DNA of 64,000 nt from the NCBI RefSeq assembly GCF_036321535.1, contig NC_087438.1, positions 1,676,001-1,740,000 of the forward strand. The letters run 5' to 3'. This DNA is from Camelus dromedarius (taxonomy: Eukaryota). Both the position numbers and the translations under genes were made by a program. Position 1 is the first letter of the stretch. The number at the start of each line of letters is the position of its first letter. Of the stretch, positions 12,331 to 24,212 are shown in pieces. Under the pieces are notes generated by a model. It was given only the letters and a program-made list of their open reading frames with translations. It had not been told where the DNA came from and did no database searches.

Positions 12331-15199
12331 AGGTCTCCTGCCAAATCCATAACCCGAGAGAGCGCCCACCACCCCCAGCCCTGACTGCCGCTGGTCAGGC
12401 ATCTCGAGGTCTTTGCCTTGGTCAAAACTCAGTTCCTCTAACCTCTAACCTCAGACATTCTTTCTAACCTCTAAAGTCATCTAATTCGGTATCCTGCTGA
12501 CGGCTCACATAAAGGTGATGCAGAAGTGGGTGTCTCCAGCTGACAGTACAGCTGAACGTAATTGGCTCGCTGGGAGGAGGCATTTGGAAGGCACGTTTGG
12601 AGGGACACAAGCCCTCCCCACCTCACTGCTTCCATGGATGCTTCTGGTAGCTCTGAAAGCTCGGGCACAAACCCAGCTCTGTCCCTACCGGGGGACTGGA
12701 TGTGCTGCCCATGGGCCTCATTTATCGCTCCTTCTGGCCCTGCCATTGGGAGTGGGGAGCTGGGCCACCCCCAGGGTGAAACATTCCCCCAGCCACACTG
12801 GCATCGCCAGGAGACCCAGGGGGACTCCTGCCCCATCACTGGGCCCCCAGCCAGCTTCGCCTCCCACCCAGGCCCCGCCTTGGGCAGCCGCGCATCCTGG
12901 GCCCTGAGTCCGGCCGCTCCCTAGCAAATCAGAGCCCCACACACGACGGGGCTCCGGGCAGCAGCGCCGCCCACCCACTCCCGTCCACCCACCGCCTGCT
13001 CTTCCCGGCCTTCCCGACTTGTTTGCTGTCAGCAAAACAAGTGTGCGCCCTGCAATCCCACGGACAACAAAGCCCCCAGCGGCATCTCACGAGGGTGATG
13101 TCACCCAGGTAAAACTGCGCTGACAAGCTTTTAATTAAAGTTTCCCCACACATCTTTCCACGGGTCTCCGGAGCGATGATTCATTCTTTGCCGACTGCCA
13201 GCCAATTGTGAGTTGGGAGGGAAGTGTTTTCTTTTCAAAGCCCTTGCTGACAGCCAGAGAACACTCTGTTATACAATCTGTTTACGTTTTCACACACACT
13301 CACACATGGTCTCGCTCAAGGGGAAATGGCCAGGCAGGGCGTTCGGTGTGCACAGAAGTGATTAAATGTACCTGCTGCCGGGGTGACGACGGGGGGTCGG
13401 GGAGCATCTCCTCAATAAACAGACCCCCTCCCGGCCCCTCCCTGGCGTGGCAAGGAGAGACGGCTCCGGGAACACAGGCCCAGACAGGTGTGTGGACCCC
13501 AGCTGGATCAGGAGGGTGCCTGGGGTCACCCGGCGCGTTACCAGCAGGAGATGCGCCCACGCTGTTGGAACAGCAGCTCCGTGCCTCGTGTGGAGACCCA
13601 GGGAGCAAAGCAGCTTCTGTCAGCACTGAAGGCACCATCCACATCTCCTTGTCTGAGAACCTGCTTCTGCGGGGAGGCGCCCAGGTGTGGGGAGTGGGGC
13701 CGAGCTGGGTTCCCCTGGTCCCCAGTCCCTGTTCCTGCTGGTGGAGCTTCTGCAGAACACGAGGCCTTCCTCAGGTCCCTGCATCACCAGGACAAACTCT
13801 CTAAAACCTGGAGAGGGAGGGCAGGTGACCCAACCTTCTGTCTGGAGTATGAAAAAGCCCATTTTCGCAGTGACCGTCAGATGGGGACACTCTCAACTCT
13901 CCTGTCAGGGCCACCTAGGACCTCCCCGAGCCACTGGGCCTTCAGCCACTGGGGTCCCATCCTGGATGTACCCCTTGCTGGAGGGGACACACCACACAGA
14001 AGCCTGGCCTCCCCGGCCTCAGGGTGAGGGTGGGAATTCCTGACCCTCGGGCAGGTCACCTCCCGACCTCAAAAGGTGTGAGTTTGCCGAGGCTCCCTCA
14101 GTCCTGGAAGGGATGGTCAGACACCTCTAAACTTGTGAACTGCCGTGACCCGTCCCCCAGAGCCCCTTTTGCACCTCCTATCATTGCCCCCAGTGGTGGA
14201 GCAGGACGAGGGTTGGGAGCCTCAGGTCAAGTGTGTGTGGGCCCAGGGTGCCTCCAGGGACGTCTCACCTGGGGTTTCGCTTCCAGAACGCCCAGAAAGA
14301 TTCGGCAGAGACTCACATTCTGATGGAAGCGGGTCCCTAACGCAGGCCCAGGACAGGTCCTGCCGCCCTCCCGTACCTCCTCCCGGCCTGTCCGTCCAAG
14401 TCATCTGTGAATTGGAATAAGAAAGTGTCCGCGTGTATATGCAGCCATCTGGAAACCTGCCCCTCCCCTGCCGCAGATGTGAGCGATGCGGGGGCCGCAG
14501 CCGTGGCCCCGGAGGGCGGCCCAGCACCGCACAGGCCAGGCCCTGCTCTCACCGCGCGGGGCAGGCTTGTACGCGGCACTGCCTTCGGCTTTCCTTGGCC
14601 ACAGAGACCTGGTGCGACGAGGATCCGTCCGAAGTGAGCTGCCGTGAATAGCCACATGCTCTGTGCCCTCGATGTGAATTCCCGCTGGCCACACCCCAGC
14701 CAGCGACCGCTTCCCTCCCCTCCTGCATCTCCCTCGGAGCCAGAAACGTCAACCCGCGGACTGAAAAGAATCCTGTGTCACAGGGCCACCATGGGAGACC
14801 GAGCCGGGATTCACTGCACCCCTTCGGGGACACTCGGGAAGTCCATTGTCCTCTTCGCTGCCACGCTGGGGCAGGCGTCCTGCTCTGGGGTCTGACACAT
14901 GGCCGGGCACCACTGGACCGAGGCCGGGAAGCAACATGGGACAGCTGGGTTGGACCTCTCCCGCCCAGCTCGGGCCCCAGCCTGCACGGAAGTGACCACA
15001 GGCGTCTGAAACAGCAGATCCTGAAACAATTCAAGCAAAGCTCACGGCTCTTCGAGGCGCGACATCACAACGCTGAGCCGGACGGGCCAGCCCCGCCCGC
15101 TGGAGCCCAGCTCTGGCCACAGACACCAAAACAAGCACCCAGGACGTCTGATGGGGCCGCAGGATGGAGCAGAGCGCCAGGCCGGGGAGGCCGGAGGGG

Positions 15200-15760
15200 C
15201 TTGCGAGGCAGGAGGGGCCGGAGCACTGAGAAGGAATTACTCGTCAAAGGGAAGAGCAAAGAGGGCCACGCGGGGCACCAAGGCCAAGATGGTACCAAGA
15301 GAGGGAGAGATGGAGGGAGAAAGAGACAGAGCACTCAAGCTTCTGAGGAGAGTCCATTGGGGGAGCGGTGAAGGAAGGAGGGGGCGAGGTTCCAGACGGG
15401 ATGCAGAGCGGACCCGAGTCCCAGCCCCAGAGAATACTCCAGGGCAGCTGGCTTTGTCACAGAAGCAGCTGGAGCCCCTGGAAGTGGTGAGCAAGAAAGA
15501 GTGCATCCACTTCGCATCCTGGAGAGAACTTTCTAGTTGCTGGGTGGGCAGTGGATGAGAGAGGAGCCTGGAGGAGGCGGGGGGTGCTGGGGACACATCA
15601 CAGCCCCTCCCTCAGAGTGGGAGGGGTCCTCTGAGACCGAGCAGGGCCCGCGAGGATGGAGCAGGAAGGCCACGGCTCAGCAGAGCCTGCCCTGTGGGCT
15701 GCCTGGTGGGGACTCAGATGTCTGACGAGCACGTGTGTGAACACGTGGATGGATGGACGG
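15200..15760. mobile_element. GC-shifted L2 fragment
   Basis: Purine-rich, collinear with recalled L2 text (gagcccctggaagtggtgagcaag..gcatcctggagagaactttctagttgctgggtggg..gtggatg). Confidence 0.45.
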
Positions 15761-16059
15761 ATTCCATCAGCGGATGAGGAGAAAACCCTTCGCCCTCAGC
15801 TACCTGGAAGTCTCCTGATCTGGAGCTGGCTTAGTGGATCTAATCTGGCGTAACGCTCGAGGCAGTTAAAAAGTCTCCCCTGCCCCCCCCCCCACCGCGC
15901 TGTGGGCTGCAGGTCCCCCCTCTTCCGTCGGAGGTGGCCGACGGCTGCCCCAACCCGCACAGCGACAGAGGCCCAGCTTACACGCCTGAGGCTCGTTTAA
16001 AGCACACGGGCAGCGCCCACCTTGCTCTGCTGAGCCCACCTGCTCTGTCAGCTCTAAGA

Positions 16060-17330
16060 GGGTCGACCACATGGAAGCATTCTGGCTGCCAGTCCCAGCA
16101 CCAGACAGCTTTGCTCAGATTTTCTTCAAGTTATTCCTGCCTCATCCTATGGATCAGCCCAAACTCCATGAATTTCTGTCCAGACATTGCAAATCAGAGA
16201 CACACCACCTTCTCAGTGGTCTGTTTAAATTCTTAACTCCCTGAATATATTAGCAAACGAAAAGGGTTGTTTATGCCCTTAAGCTGTAGGTGATTTGTTC
16301 TGCATCAGCAGGAAGGGGACGAGGATTCGGCCACTGGAGGAGAGATGCCACATTGCGACAGCCCAACACGCACTGGAATTGGGCCCTTGAGGAGGCTGTT
16401 AGCAGAAGCCAGGCTGGTGTCCTAAGGGGTGTCAATGAAAACTCCACAAAAAGTGAGGAAAAATATTATTAGAGGAAAGAAGACTCTTACTATTCAGGGG
16501 TGGAAATTTTAGCAAAATTATTGCCTGAAATAATGGAGAAAATATCAAATGCTTGCAATGACCTGAGGGATTTGGCCACGGGAAAGCTTAGGCAGAATGC
16601 TGGAAGTGCCAGCTGCTTTGCTTCAGCTGAGCGTCACAAGGTAAGGGGAGGGGACGGGCCGCAGAAGGAGGTCTTCAGCTTTCAAGTGGAATTTAGAGGA
16701 AATACAAGCAGACAGGGCTTGCTGGCCCTGAAAGCAAACGACTTCCCACCTTCAGTCCCTCCGGAGAGAGATTTCAGGCAGTTCTTCACGGGGTTTTTCA
16801 AACTAGCCCACCTTCTGGGAGTCTCAGTGCACAGATCCTGCCCGATCCACAACTGGGTTTCTAAGACTCAAAGGCGGTTCCCCCTCTGCACGCAGGGAGC
16901 TCAAGGCAGTGGAGGCTCTCCCTTGAAAAGTATGTGGATGTGACTTCTGGCTCAGGGCACGAGCTATAAGATGATACAAAGGAAACCCACAGTGTTTTTA
17001 AAGAAATTGTACCAGGTTCAGCTGAAATAGTACAAAAACAGTACCCAGAAAAAGGGTGTTCGGGCAGGTGGTTGAGTCGGACGTTCAGTAACAAGCTCAG
17101 GTCATTTCTTGTAGAAAAGGAAGAATGGCCCTTTCGCACACAGTTCTGTAGACTGAGAGAAGCTGTGTGTACGGAGCCACGCCCAGGAGCCTCGGCCTTG
17201 CGTGGACCCGAGCCTGTCGCCAGAGAGGCTGAGTGTGGCCTTGACCTGCTTGGCACAAGGCTGGAGTGTGCGTAACTTGTGGCCAGAGGGCGGGCTGGGA
17301 GGTTCTTTGTCAAGGAGACGGCCATGAATT
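16060..17330 (+). mobile_element. MLT1-type LTR end plus internal region
   Basis: LTR end ggttgtttatgcccttaagctgtaggtgatttgttctgca (~16265-16305), then MLT1-int-like ttagcaaaattattgcctgaaataatggagaaaata..ggcagaatgctggaagtgccagctg. Confidence 0.65.
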
Positions 17331-17619
17331 TCTCTGCTAGCCGCCTCACTGAGACAGAGGCTCTATTTCCTCTTCTCGAATCCAAGAAGGCTCGTAGTTG
17401 TTTGAGCTAAGGACACAGCAGGAAGGACATCTGTGATTTCTGACGCTGGTCCACAGAAAGCTGCCCAGGGTTCCCCTGCACACCGGGACCCTGTGCCCTC
17501 ACGCGAGGGGCTCTGCTGGCCTGGGCGGCCGTGACGCAAAGGAGCCCAGGCAGCATGGGGCGGTCATCGCTCCCCAGGCTCTGGTCCCCGCTGAGACACG
17601 TGCACACAGGAGTCTCCAA

Positions 17620-17825
17620 CTTCAGCCACAAGCCAAGGAGTGGAGGCAGCCACCAGGTGCTGAAGGAGGCAGGACGTGTCCTCTCCTGGACCCTCTGGAG
17701 GGAGTGTGGCCCTGCCCACACCTTCCTTTCAGACTCCTGGCTGCCAGAGCTGTGAGAGGATGCATTTCTGCTATTGTAAGCCACAAAATCTGGGGCATTT
17801 TGTCACAGCCGCCCCAGGGAGTACA
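17620..17825 (+). mobile_element. MLT1C/D-like LTR 3' half
   Basis: agccacaagccaaggag..ctggagggagtgtggccctgcccacacctt..cagactcctggctgccagagctgtgagaggatgcatttctgctattgtaagccac. Confidence 0.85.
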
Positions 17826-20800
17826 CAAAACAACCCTTCCTCCAGAAGTCTTGAGAACAAAGTGCCAGGGCCAGGTCCATGGTGACATTTAACCAACGTC
17901 AAATGCGATTGCCAATCAGCGGACTAGCCGACACTGGGGGGCTGGACAGCGGGGATGAAGGTGGACGCAGGAATACAAGATGCACCCTGGTGAACACGGC
18001 GTGCACACACAATGGCAGCGACAAACACAAGAACGCCAGGACCGGGAAGGTGAGGGGTGGTGGCCCCGCAGGGAGGGGTTAGCCTGGGGTTTGATTCGGC
18101 TCTCGCTCCACCCCCCTCCCCTGCCCAGCCTTGAGCAGGATGAAGGGACTGGTCAGTTAGAGCGGCCAGCTCGACTGGAACTAGGACACAGTGACAAAGT
18201 CCTATCCAAGGCTTGGATGCCCACGACGACTCTCAGTGCCCTGGGACCACTGTCCTGCCCCCAGCGCTTCAGGTAAACACTGGGTGAGAAGGCCGTCGCT
18301 TCCCATAAACAGACCTACCGTCTAAGACTTCCACCGTGCAAGCAGACGCCCATCCTGGGGCTGCATTCAGACTGGTGGGGAGCTGCTTCGTGCAGTCCCT
18401 GTGCCCCTGACGCAAACTCTCCTCACGACTTCTCGGGGAACCCTCCCTTCCTCTCCTGTCTTTCCTCCATCCCTCCCTCCCATTCTTCCTTCTTTCTTTA
18501 CTTTCTGTCCTTCTGTCTTAATCCTCGGGAAGCTCCTAAGACAAACAGAAGGCGCCCAGGAGACACACTGTCCGTGCAGCTGTGGGTGGGCGGCCTCCTC
18601 CCTCCACCCTGCTGCTCCACGCAGGCCTCACGGTCACGTCGTGTCTTCCATTTGTTCCTCCACCTGTCCTGTCCTCCTGCTCTCGGGTCACTTTATGGAG
18701 TCCAGAGGCTGCACTCGACGTGCAGGTGAACAGCACCATTTCTCTCCCTAACGATGCGTGCGGCCGTCCTAGGATTCACGGGCTGCACCGTCTGAGGACT
18801 TAGCCCTGCAGGAGGACTGGGCCCTGTCGCCGGGCACCTGGGCCTGTGCCCTGGGCTGTTCGCTGCCTGGAGGACTCGTGAGGAAGAGTCAATCAGAAAA
18901 TAACAAAGAAACCCTTTCCGTTTACCCAGGAGGCAGAGTACACACAAGGGGCAAATGCCGTCCTTCCAAACTCTTAGCTGCTGAGAGGTTCCAGCCGCGA
19001 CCGTCTGTGGGAGTGGAAACCACCTGGAGCCACAGGTGACATCAGCTCCCGTCCCCACTGCCCGATGGCACCACCCAGCCACCCAGACCCTCAGCGGCTA
19101 CCTCGCCTTTCCTGTGGGGCAGCCTGAGCTGTGACCTGGAGGGACATAAACTGGTCCCCCACGGAGGGCAGGCCTGACACCCCACAGCCGAGAGCCTCGA
19201 CCCCGTCCCTGGGGGCTCATCACGCTGCAGTTGAGCGGGTCCCGGGGATCCGGGCGAGAGCAGAGTCTCTGAGGGGAATTGCAAAGGCCTGAGGACCCTG
19301 GCCCTGCGGAGATGACCTAGGCCGGCCTGTCCACCAGGGCAGTGCTGACACAGGCCTGCGTGGGGCCCCCCAGAGACGTGTCCCAAACTTCTGCTCTCGG
19401 CTCGGAAGCGGCCGAGGCGGGGTTTTCTCGCCGGTGCTTTGAGTTTGCTCCTCTGAGCTCGCTGGTTCACGGGGAGCCTTGCCTTTGCTCTCGCACCTGC
19501 CTCTCTGCTCCCTGCACGGGTGCTGGGAGCCGGGCGAGCTGCCTCCTGGGCTGTCACGTGGCGCGTGACTCAGAAGCCCCCGAGCTTGCGCAGGTGTGTC
19601 CATCGCGTCTCCATACTCGGGCTTCTAGGACATCCTTCTAAACCCTCTCGACAGAAGGCGTGCCCAGTGAACAGTCGGCCGCTGCGTGGGCTCGGAGAGG
19701 AACGACGGCATGGAGAGACAGTCAGGCGGGGAGGCGAGGAGAGGGCCCCGCAGGGAGCGAGGTGCCCGGGAAGACGGGCCCGTCTGCAGGCCGCGGGCGG
19801 GGCTGCGTCAGGGCGGCTGGGACGCTCGCCTAGGATTAACCCGAAAGCGCTCCCTTCAGTTTCCCACCATGGCTGCTTCGCGTTGAAAAACCAATGGAAA
19901 CGCAAGAAGGGAAAATAAAACCATAGCTGAGGGAAGGGCGCTTTCCAGCTCGCCTTCCACGTGAGACGCCCCTTCCGCGCCCAGGCCCGCCGGAAGGCCC
20001 GGGATGGGGGGGTGCCGGGGGCGGGCGCGAGCTCCCCCCACGCGGCGGGCAGATGTCTGGGGCTTTGATAACCAGGAAACCCCGAAATAGCCTGTGGAGG
20101 GAAATTACCCACAGATGTGTCACAGGGAGAAGAGTCAAGCACTTGCCAAAAAATTAGTCAAAATTGCATTTGCCCGGATCAGCGGGCTCCTCTGAAGTGT
20201 GAGTCTTGGCGCGGGGCACGCGATCCAAACTGTCCAGAGTCTTCAAAGGCAAGGCACCCGGGTGTTCTTGGCAAATTCGTGTTTTATCCCGAGAGGATTC
20301 ACAGGAGAACCGAAGGGTGTTCCAGCCACTTGCCACTTAATCGTGGAACTGGAGCCAAAGAGCGGGAGACACAGGGCTGCCCTGAGAGGGGCTGGGGGCT
20401 GGCCCCGCGGGGCTCGGAGGCCCGAGGCTCCCTGACCTGGGACACACCCAACTCGGCGTGGCTCTCACGAGGGGTCTGCTCGAGTCTCCCCTCGGGGAGG
20501 CCCCGTCCGGCTGCACTAGTGCGACGCTCACCCGATGCCCCGACATCACTGTGGTGAACAGAGGGCCTCCCTCTTCATGAACCCCCACTTTAAATGAGAG
20601 AAGACAAGACACAAAGAGGCCTGGGCCAGACCCCCGCACCACCCCCCCCAACAGCAGGGGTGCAGCTCTTCCTCGCCCAGCGAGCTTGGTCCTGTTGGGG
20701 ACAGACTTCTTCCGAGCAGTGGCCTCTGATCTAAAACGTGTGTGTTGCCTCGAGGGGTTGCACATCGTCTCAGGTTCCCAAGACAACATGCAAAATAAAG

Positions 20801-21204
20801 CCCAGGAAACATTTTAAGGAAAAATACACACAAGAAGTTTCTTTTTAGAAACCCCCCTGACACCGGGTTCGAGCAGATGCCCTGCGTACCCCGCCCCCCT
20901 GAGGAGCCACGCTGACGGGCCTACTACGGAACAGCTCCCGCAGCGGCAAGGCGGACGCGCAGGGAGAGACGCGAAGCTCCTTTGTGCCCCAGGCTCTTAT
21001 TTGCTCCCTGGGGAGACACACTTGTCCATCTGGTGGCAAGAGTCAGACTGAAATACTGACCGAACCTGGGGGTCATGGAGGACACCCCGATGTGCTGGGG
21101 CCTTGCAGGGCATGCGCCTCTGATCCTCCGGGCCTGTGAGCAAGGCACAACTCGGCCAGACCTCGCTGTAGCGGGCTGCCCAGCATCCCCCCGAGAGAGA
21201 CGCC

Positions 21205-21555
21205 CGATGCCGTGCATTCGGGCTGCTGTAAGGACGCCCCGTCCCACAGACCGGGTGCCTGTGAACAGCAGAAACGCGTGGCTCACAGCTGGGGCGGCTG
21301 AATGCTCAGGATCAAGGTGCCAGCAGGGCTGAGCCGCAGCGAGAGCCCCCGTCAGTCTGTGGACGGCTGCCTCCCCACTGCGTCCTGGCCTGCTGGGCTC
21401 CCTGGGGGCCCCTGTCATAAGGGCACCAATCCCATTCCCGAGGGCCTCACCCTTGTGACTCGTCCCCACAAAGCTACCCTCTCCTGGCACCCGCTCCTGG
21501 CCTCTGGACCTCAACATACGGACTTGGGGAGACACAGACATGCAGACCACAGCGG
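21205..21555 (-). mobile_element. MLT1A-like solo LTR
   Basis: gggctgctgtaa..gctcacagctgg..gatcaaggtgccagcag..taagggcaccaatcccatt..gagggc..tcaacatacggacttggggagacacagacatgcagaccacagc. Confidence 0.8.
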
Positions 21556-21915
21556 TGGCCTTACTTGAAGTAGGGACTTTGCAGGCATCACTGAGTGAAG
21601 GAGCTCCACATGGGACCACCCTGGGTGAGGGCAGACCTGGAATCTGACAGAGGGTGTCCCTGTAGGACCCGGGAAAGGAGGGGACAGGAAGGAGCAGGGC
21701 TGGGGTGGTGTGGGCCCTGCTGGCAGAGGACAGCCCGCACGCCAGGAGTCCTGAGAGACACGTGGGACAGGGCGTCCCTCAGACCCCCCAGAAGGGCCCA
21801 GCCCTGCCCGAGCCTGGACTTGGCCCCCAGCCTCCGGAGCTGCGGGAGGATCCACTTCTGCTGCTTGAAGCCTCCCGGTTTATAGCGACCTGTCTCAGAC
21901 ACTCACCTACTTACA
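21556..21915 (+). mobile_element. MLT1B/C-like LTR, adjacent and opposite in orientation
   Basis: gtggccttacttgaagtagggactttgcag..cagccctgccc..cagcctccggagctgcgggaggatccacttctgctgcttgaagcc. Confidence 0.7.
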
Positions 21916-22615
21916 GACGCTGGGGAGGCGGACGTGCCCGGCTCCCCACCCCCCCAGGGACGAGTCTCCTGGTGGACGGAAAGCTGGGCGCTGGCCCCCG
22001 GCCCCTCCCCAGGGATTCATGGGAGCAGTACACGGACAGTCCCTGAGGACACTGGACGGCAAGGGCCGTGGGGGCACTCCAGGCTGTCCCCCCCAACACC
22101 CCCATGGCCCGAGCTGACCCTGGTGCCGGGCTGACTCTGCCCTTCTCACCCCCAAGGACAGAACTGATGAAAACACAAAGGACAGAGGTTCTTGGACAAG
22201 CAGAGGAGATGGGGGGATGTGGCCTCTGGGGACACTGAGGGACACAGGCCTGTGTTCAGGCTCTGAGGAGCCATAGTCTCACTCCCTCACTCCCCCGATG
22301 TGCTGCAGGGCCAGGGGGTCTGAGTTCCCGCCATCGGGGGAGCACCCCCCACCCAAGGAGGAGGGGACCACCGACGGGATGAAGGCAGCCGCCCCCTGGC
22401 TGCCCCCAGCGCTGCGTGTGCCCGCAGCCTGCCCGTGCCTGAGGTGGAGACGGCCTGCTGAGCCTGCGCTCTCCTTCCACCTGGACCCCGAGTTCTTAGC
22501 TGACTGGCCCCTGCCTGCAGCCTCCTCCTCACTGACCTGTGAGTTACGGGCATGTCCTGGGCATCTGATGGACATGGTGATTCACGCCTGTAGTACCAGC
22601 TGTGCAGGAGGCTGC

Positions 22616-22680
22616 GTGTCCTGAGTGTGTCCTGAGTGTGTCCTGGCTGCACCTTGGGTGTGTCCCGGGTGTGTCCTGGG
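22616..22680. repeat. Short ~11-bp tandem repeat (GTGTGTCCTGA/G)
   Basis: About 5-6 imperfect copies read directly. Confidence 0.75.
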
Positions 22681-24017
22681 TCTCACTCTGGTCAAAACTG
22701 GACCCATTTCTGGGACCTCACAGCTGGGCTCCTTACCTTCCCCTTCGACCCCTCTCCATCCTCCCCGCCCCCCAGCCCACCACACTCTCCAGGCTCTGAT
22801 GGTTCGAATCCACAGAAACTGGGAACTGTGCCTGTGACTGAAAGGGAGAAAAGTCACCCTGACCTTCCTTCCTGTCTGTAATTAAGCCTCCCATCCGGCG
22901 CCAGCCCTGCCGAAGATGCCAGGAGCCTGTCCTCCTGCTAGTTTGCTCAGGGAGCCCCTCGGTCAGGACTGTCTCCTGCCAGGCCCCTGCTGTGTGCAGC
23001 GGGCCTGGGGGGACAACATGGTCCCCAGGGAGCTACACAGGACAGATACACTCCTCTCCTCGAAAAGTCTCTGCATTTGGGGCAAGAAAAGGGATTCCTA
23101 AGGTGCCTCACAGCTGTCAAAGGCTGAAGATCAATTTGCAAATTTACACATTTGAACACTTCACATGTCATAAAAGACTTTAAGGAACGTTCTCTGCTCT
23201 CCTCAGACACAAAGCAACTGAAAACACGTGAGAGTGTCAGGCTCTCGATGTCTGATTACTTAAAGTGTTTCTGAGCACACAGCTGCTCCCAGCTCCCACC
23301 AGGTGTCACCTCCCCTCTGTCCCCAAACTGGCATCGTCACACCATGGTCACGTGATACAGAAAACCAGAGACCGCTTCTATCCGTTGCTTTCCTGTCCTC
23401 TTGGGGACATGGAGCCAGCTGGAAACCCCTCTTCCCGTGGTCCCAGGAGGCTGTGCGCGGCCCCTACACTCCCGGGGGCTCGCGTCCATTTCTCTGCCTG
23501 ATCCTCTTCCTCTGGCCCCCGAGGTGCCAGGGCTCCCGGCTGTCCCCTCCAAGCCCACCCCGACACATACCAAATCCGCCCACCCACCTGCCCGGTGCAG
23601 GTGGCCGAGCAGACCGCCTGTTGTCATCTGATGCTCTAGGTCTTTGCCATGCCCACCTGCACCCCAGCAGGTCCTCTCCCCCCATTGCTGATCTGGCTGG
23701 CTGCTCCTCAGCCCCTCACCCACTCCGGGAGCCAGCACCTTCAAGGTCTCCTGTCCCCCCACCCGCCATCCCATCACATCCTCACCTGCTCCCAGTCCCT
23801 GCCTGCTCTGCCCGCCCCCACCTCTGCCATGTCCTCCGGGCCCCTCCACCCCCCTGGACCAGTGTGGCCCCCACTGCTCCCCAACACCCACCTTCCCTCC
23901 ATGCACACTAAGGGGCTCTCACAGGTGGGGTCTCAGGACCCTTGCTTTGCTCCACACATCAGCCTGCTCTCTCGGGATGAAAACGCTGGGCTGTTGTCAT
24001 CACTCCCTCTCTCCCTC

Positions 24018-24212
24018 CTTCATTCACTCGTTCATTCACTGATTCATTCATTCATTCATTCATTCATTCAATGACTCATTCGTTGATTCACTCATTCACT
24101 CCCTCACTCACTCCCACTCCTTCATTCATCACTCAATCATTCATTCACTCGATCTGTCATTCATTCACTCATTCATTGACTCAGTCACTCCCTCACTCAC
24201 TCATCCATCCAC
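24018..24212. repeat. (TCAT/TCAC)n simple repeat, probably an expanded L2 tail
   Basis: About 190 bp of imperfect CATT/CACT units. Confidence 0.9.

Noticed and set aside
12439..12474. Telomere-like TAACCT(C) repeats
   Set aside because: Only about four scattered variant units, not a (TTAGGG)n array.
16500..17385. Intact retroviral genes in the MLT1 internal region
   Set aside because: No recognisable gag, protease, RT or integrase motifs; MaLR internals are non-autonomous and this copy is decayed.
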